From Methanomassiliicoccaceae archaeon (lineage in GTDB: Archaea > Thermoplasmatota > Thermoplasmata > Methanomassiliicoccales > Methanomassiliicoccaceae), in NCBI GenBank assembly GCA_963728405.1, contig CAVSJV010000002.1:64001-128000 (forward strand): 64,000 nt of DNA, in the 5' to 3' direction. Under the pieces are notes generated by a model. It was not told the origin of the DNA and did not search any database. It was given only the letters and a program-made list of their open reading frames with translations. How positions within the stretch are numbered: the first letter of the stretch is position 1; the number at the start of each line of letters is the position of its first letter. Positions 61,281 to 64,000 of the stretch are shown here, piece by piece. A program made the position numbers and the translations under genes.

Positions 61281-62876
61281 ATGGAAGCCGCTGCGGACAC
61301 TTCTGAGAAATTTCAAGGTTCAATCGTACAAAAGCTTGAGAGAGAGATAGGCGCAGAGAACGTCAAGATCAGCAAGATGGAGAGATTGCTGTACAGCCAT
61401 GACCTGGCTCCCTTGCCCAAGGAAGCCCAGATGGCCTTCAAGATCATTCCGGACGTTGTGGTGCGCCCCCGCTCCGTCGAGGACGTATCCAAGATCGTAA
61501 AGCTGGCCGCCCATGAAGGGGTACCGATCACCCCCCGCGGCGCCTCGACCTGGGGGCTGGCCGGGGCCGTCCCCGCGTTCGGCGGCATCCTGATCGACAT
61601 GATCGGCGGGATGGGTAAGGTCCTCAATATCGACGAGGAGAACATGACCATCACCTGCCAGGGCGGCGCTTCCTGGAAGCAGGTCTACGACGCCGCGTGG
61701 GAAAAAGGGTTCCTTCTTGGGTCCTACCCCAGCAGCTTCCCGTCTGCCTCAGTGGCTGGATGGATCTCCACCGCCGGTGTCGGAGTGGGCAACTACAAGT
61801 ACGGATCGGCCGGGGACAACATTCGCAGCATGAAGGTAGTGATTCCAGACGGGTCCATCGTCGAGACCGGGTTCGAGACCCTCTCGGACAACATGTCCGG
61901 ATACAACCTGAACCGCCTGTTCGTCGGCGCGGAGGGAACGCTCGGTGTCATCTGCGAGGTCACTTTCAAGCTGACCCCGCGGCCGGAAGTGCTCCGCGCC
62001 CTCGCCTATGCCTTCCCCAGCCTGGATAAGCTCCAGGGGCCCATCAAGGACATCACCCGCTCGAGGGTCAGCCCGCTCCACGTTGCGTGGTCCGACGCCA
62101 ACCACTTCAAGTTCCTGAGAAAGGTCCACCCCAATGCCCCCAACGTGGGCTCGCTACTCCTGGTCACTCTGGAAGGTGACAAGGCCGTCGTGGACCATGA
62201 AGAGAAGGTCATCGACGAGATCGCCGCCAAGCATGGTGGGGCCAAGCAGAGCAGCGAGATCGCTACCCATGAGTGGGACGAGCGGTGCTACGAGTTCCGC
62301 TCTCGCGAGGTCGGCCTGGGTGCAATCCCTATGGAAGTGCTCGTGCCGGTCAACGACTACGCGGCCATGACCAACGATCTCTACGACCTAATGGCCTCGA
62401 TGAAGATGGAGGGCGCCATTATCGGCATATTGACCGACCGCAACACGGTCATGTTCATGCCGTACTACATGTACGACAGCGAGTCCCTCAGCAAGAGCGT
62501 GACGTCCCTTTCGTTCAACTACAAGTGTGGCGATCTGGCCTACAAGAACAACGGCCGGATGCTGGGTGGCTTCGGCCTGTTCTTCGGCTCGCTCCTGAAG
62601 CGGGTCCGTGGGGAAGGCTATGAGGTCGAGGTGGCCATCAAGAAGGCCATCGATCCCAAGGACATCATGAACCCTGGCAAGCTGCTGGGTATGAAGACCC
62701 GCTTCGGCCTGCCGATCGGACCGGGCATGCTGGGCTTCGGAATGGGCGCCATGGCCACGGTCAAGAAGGTCCTGCCGGGCGACAAGAACATGGATAAGAA
62801 GGGCAGCGACTTCGAGCTGGAGAATCTGGAGAAGGAAAAGTTCGAGCAGCACAAGAACGACCCGCTCAAGAAGTAA
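61281..62876 (+). CDS. FAD-binding oxidoreductase (GlcD/D-lactate dehydrogenase-like)
   Basis: PDVVVRP, PRGAST, YKYGS, GYNLNRLFVGAEGTLG, DPKDIMNPGK; RBS AGGAGG. Confidence 0.9.
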   Translation: MEAAADTSEKFQGSIVQKLEREIGAENVKISKMERLLYSHDLAPLPKEAQMAFKIIPDVVVRPRSVEDVSKIVKLAAHEGVPITPRGASTWGLAGAVPAFGGILIDMIGGMGKVLNIDEENMTITCQGGASWKQVYDAAWEKGFLLGSYPSSFPSASVAGWISTAGVGVGNYKYGSAGDNIRSMKVVIPDGSIVETGFETLSDNMSGYNLNRLFVGAEGTLGVICEVTFKLTPRPEVLRALAYAFPSLDKLQGPIKDITRSRVSPLHVAWSDANHFKFLRKVHPNAPNVGSLLLVTLEGDKAVVDHEEKVIDEIAAKHGGAKQSSEIATHEWDERCYEFRSREVGLGAIPMEVLVPVNDYAAMTNDLYDLMASMKMEGAIIGILTDRNTVMFMPYYMYDSESLSKSVTSLSFNYKCGDLAYKNNGRMLGGFGLFFGSLLKRVRGEGYEVEVAIKKAIDPKDIMNPGKLLGMKTRFGLPIGPGMLGFGMGAMATVKKVLPGDKNMDKKGSDFELENLEKEKFEQHKNDPLKK

Positions 62877-62951
62877 ACCCTTTATTCCAAATCTCTTACT
62901 CTTTATCCATTTTTTAAAAATAATGAGGGGGGGACCCGGAGGTCCTTTTTT

Positions 62952-63122
62952 CTACTGTCTCGAGGTGGTCCTGATCTGCTCCTTGGACCACTTATCGGGG
63001 TGGGCGTCGAACTTAGCCTTGCATCCCGCTGAGCAGAAGTAGAATGTCTTCCCCTCGTACTCGCTCATGTACTCTGCTCCCTGCTCATCCACCTCGCATG
63101 CGCAAACTGGGTCCTGTGGCAT
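62952..63122 (-). CDS. YHS/TRASH metal-binding protein
   Basis: MPQDPVC...YEGKTFYFCS.GC..KF. Confidence 0.85.
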   Translation of the reverse strand: MPQDPVCACEVDEQGAEYMSEYEGKTFYFCSAGCKAKFDAHPDKWSKEQIRTTSRQ

Positions 63123-63166
63123 TTTTACACCTGCAGGCAACGTTCGAGCTGGGGGGATATCAAGAT

Positions 63167-63313
63167 TTACTTTTTCAGGTACTTCTGGGGGTCCTTGTCG
63201 AACACCTTCTTGCATCCCGGAGCGCAGAAATAGTAGGTCTGTCCGTTCAGCTCGGACTTCCACTTGGCGGTCTTCTCATCTACATCCATCTTACATACTG
63301 GGTCCACTGCCAT
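63167..63313 (-). CDS. YHS/TRASH metal-binding protein (48 aa, below ORF-track cut-off)
   Basis: [14 protein letters not shown]...GQTYYFCAPGCKKVFDKDPQKY; TAATG overlap with copA. Confidence 0.85.
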   Translation of the reverse strand: MAVDPVCKMDVDEKTAKWKSELNGQTYYFCAPGCKKVFDKDPQKYLKK

Positions 63314-64000
63314 TATTTCTTCACCTCTTTCTTCTTTATTTCCGGCGTATAGCGCTTGAGCAGCAGGGCGTTCGTAACCACGGACACCGAGCTCATGGCC
63401 ATGGCTGCCGCGGCCACGATGGGGTTCAGCAGCACGTGGAAGAACGGGTACAGGATACCCGCGGCGATGGGTATGCCGGCCGAGTTATAGCCCAGCGCCC
63501 AGAAAAGGTTCTGCCGGATCTTCGACATGGTCCTCCTGGACAGCTGGATGGCCGCCACGACGTCGGTGAGGTCGCTTTTTATCAGCACGATGTCCCCTGT
63601 CTCCATGGCCACATCCGTGCCGCTGCCGATGGCGATCCCGACGTCCGCCTGGGCCAAAGCCGGGGCGTCATTGATGCCGTCGCCCACCATGGCGACCTTC
63701 TTGCCTTCGCCCTGCAGCCTGGCCACTTCATTCGCCTTGTTCTCTGGGAGCACTTCGGCGATATACTTGTCTATGCCGACCTGCAGGGCGATGACCCTCG
63801 CGGTCCGCTTATTGTCGCCGGTGAGCATGATCACGTCGATCCCCATCTTCTTTAGTTCGGAGATCGCCTCTTTGGATGTCTCCTTGATGACATCCGCCAC
63901 TCCGATGATACTGGCCAGATGGCCGTCCACCGACATGAGCATGGCGGTACGGCCCTCTTCCTCCAGCTTTTGAAGGGTCTGCTCCGATGAGGTCACCGAG
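63313..64000 (-). CDS. copA: Copper-translocating P1B-type ATPase (3' part)
   Basis: [34 protein letters not shown]. Confidence 0.93.
   Translation of the reverse strand, partial: SVTSSEQTLQKLEEEGRTAMLMSVDGHLASIIGVADVIKETSKEAISELKKMGIDVIMLTGDNKRTARVIALQVGIDKYIAEVLPENKANEVARLQGEGKKVAMVGDGINDAPALAQADVGIAIGSGTDVAMETGDIVLIKSDLTDVVAAIQLSRRTMSKIRQNLFWALGYNSAGIPIAAGILYPFFHVLLNPIVAAAAMAMSSVSVVTNALLLKRYTPEIKKKEVKK

Noticed and set aside
1-64000. CRISPR arrays, transposases, tRNA/rRNA genes
   Set aside because: No regularly spaced repeats, transposase or integrase motifs, or tRNA/rRNA consensus noticed by eye; a tRNAscan/Infernal run would be needed to exclude small RNAs.

Overview
Archaeal methanogen chromosome, most likely Methanomassiliicoccales: mcrBDGA lacks mcrC, which instead follows atwA, and there are MtaA/RamA/corrinoid genes and DUF835 proteins. 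All product and family names below come from motif recall, not from database searches. 1-32 kb holds housekeeping and accessory genes: UDP-sugar enzymes, flippase, kinase, two ABC-2 systems, sepF, rtcB, three tandem 7TM-DUF835 receptors, argF, nucleases and three decayed pseudogenes. 32.6-41.2 kb is a corrinoid methyl-transfer cluster with no recognisable substrate-specific methyltransferase, but with an atypical UroD-family protein that lacks the Zn-binding cysteines. 41-60.8 kb is an MCR supercluster: SAM methyltransferase, ycaO-tfuA, mcrBDGA, DUF2098, atwA, mcrC and markers 3/6/5/15/17/7. The most novel signal is a palindrome, GG(A/T)TGG-N5-CCATCC. It sits exactly 9 nt upstream of the TATA box in both the mcrB and corrinoid-protein promoters, and between the TATA-like element and start codon of an uncharacterised wHTH regulator (50982-51959). 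This suggests an autoregulated methanogenesis regulon. Eleven isolated 1-nt indels in otherwise intact genes look like assembly errors. No rRNA, tRNA, CRISPR array or mobile element was recognised.
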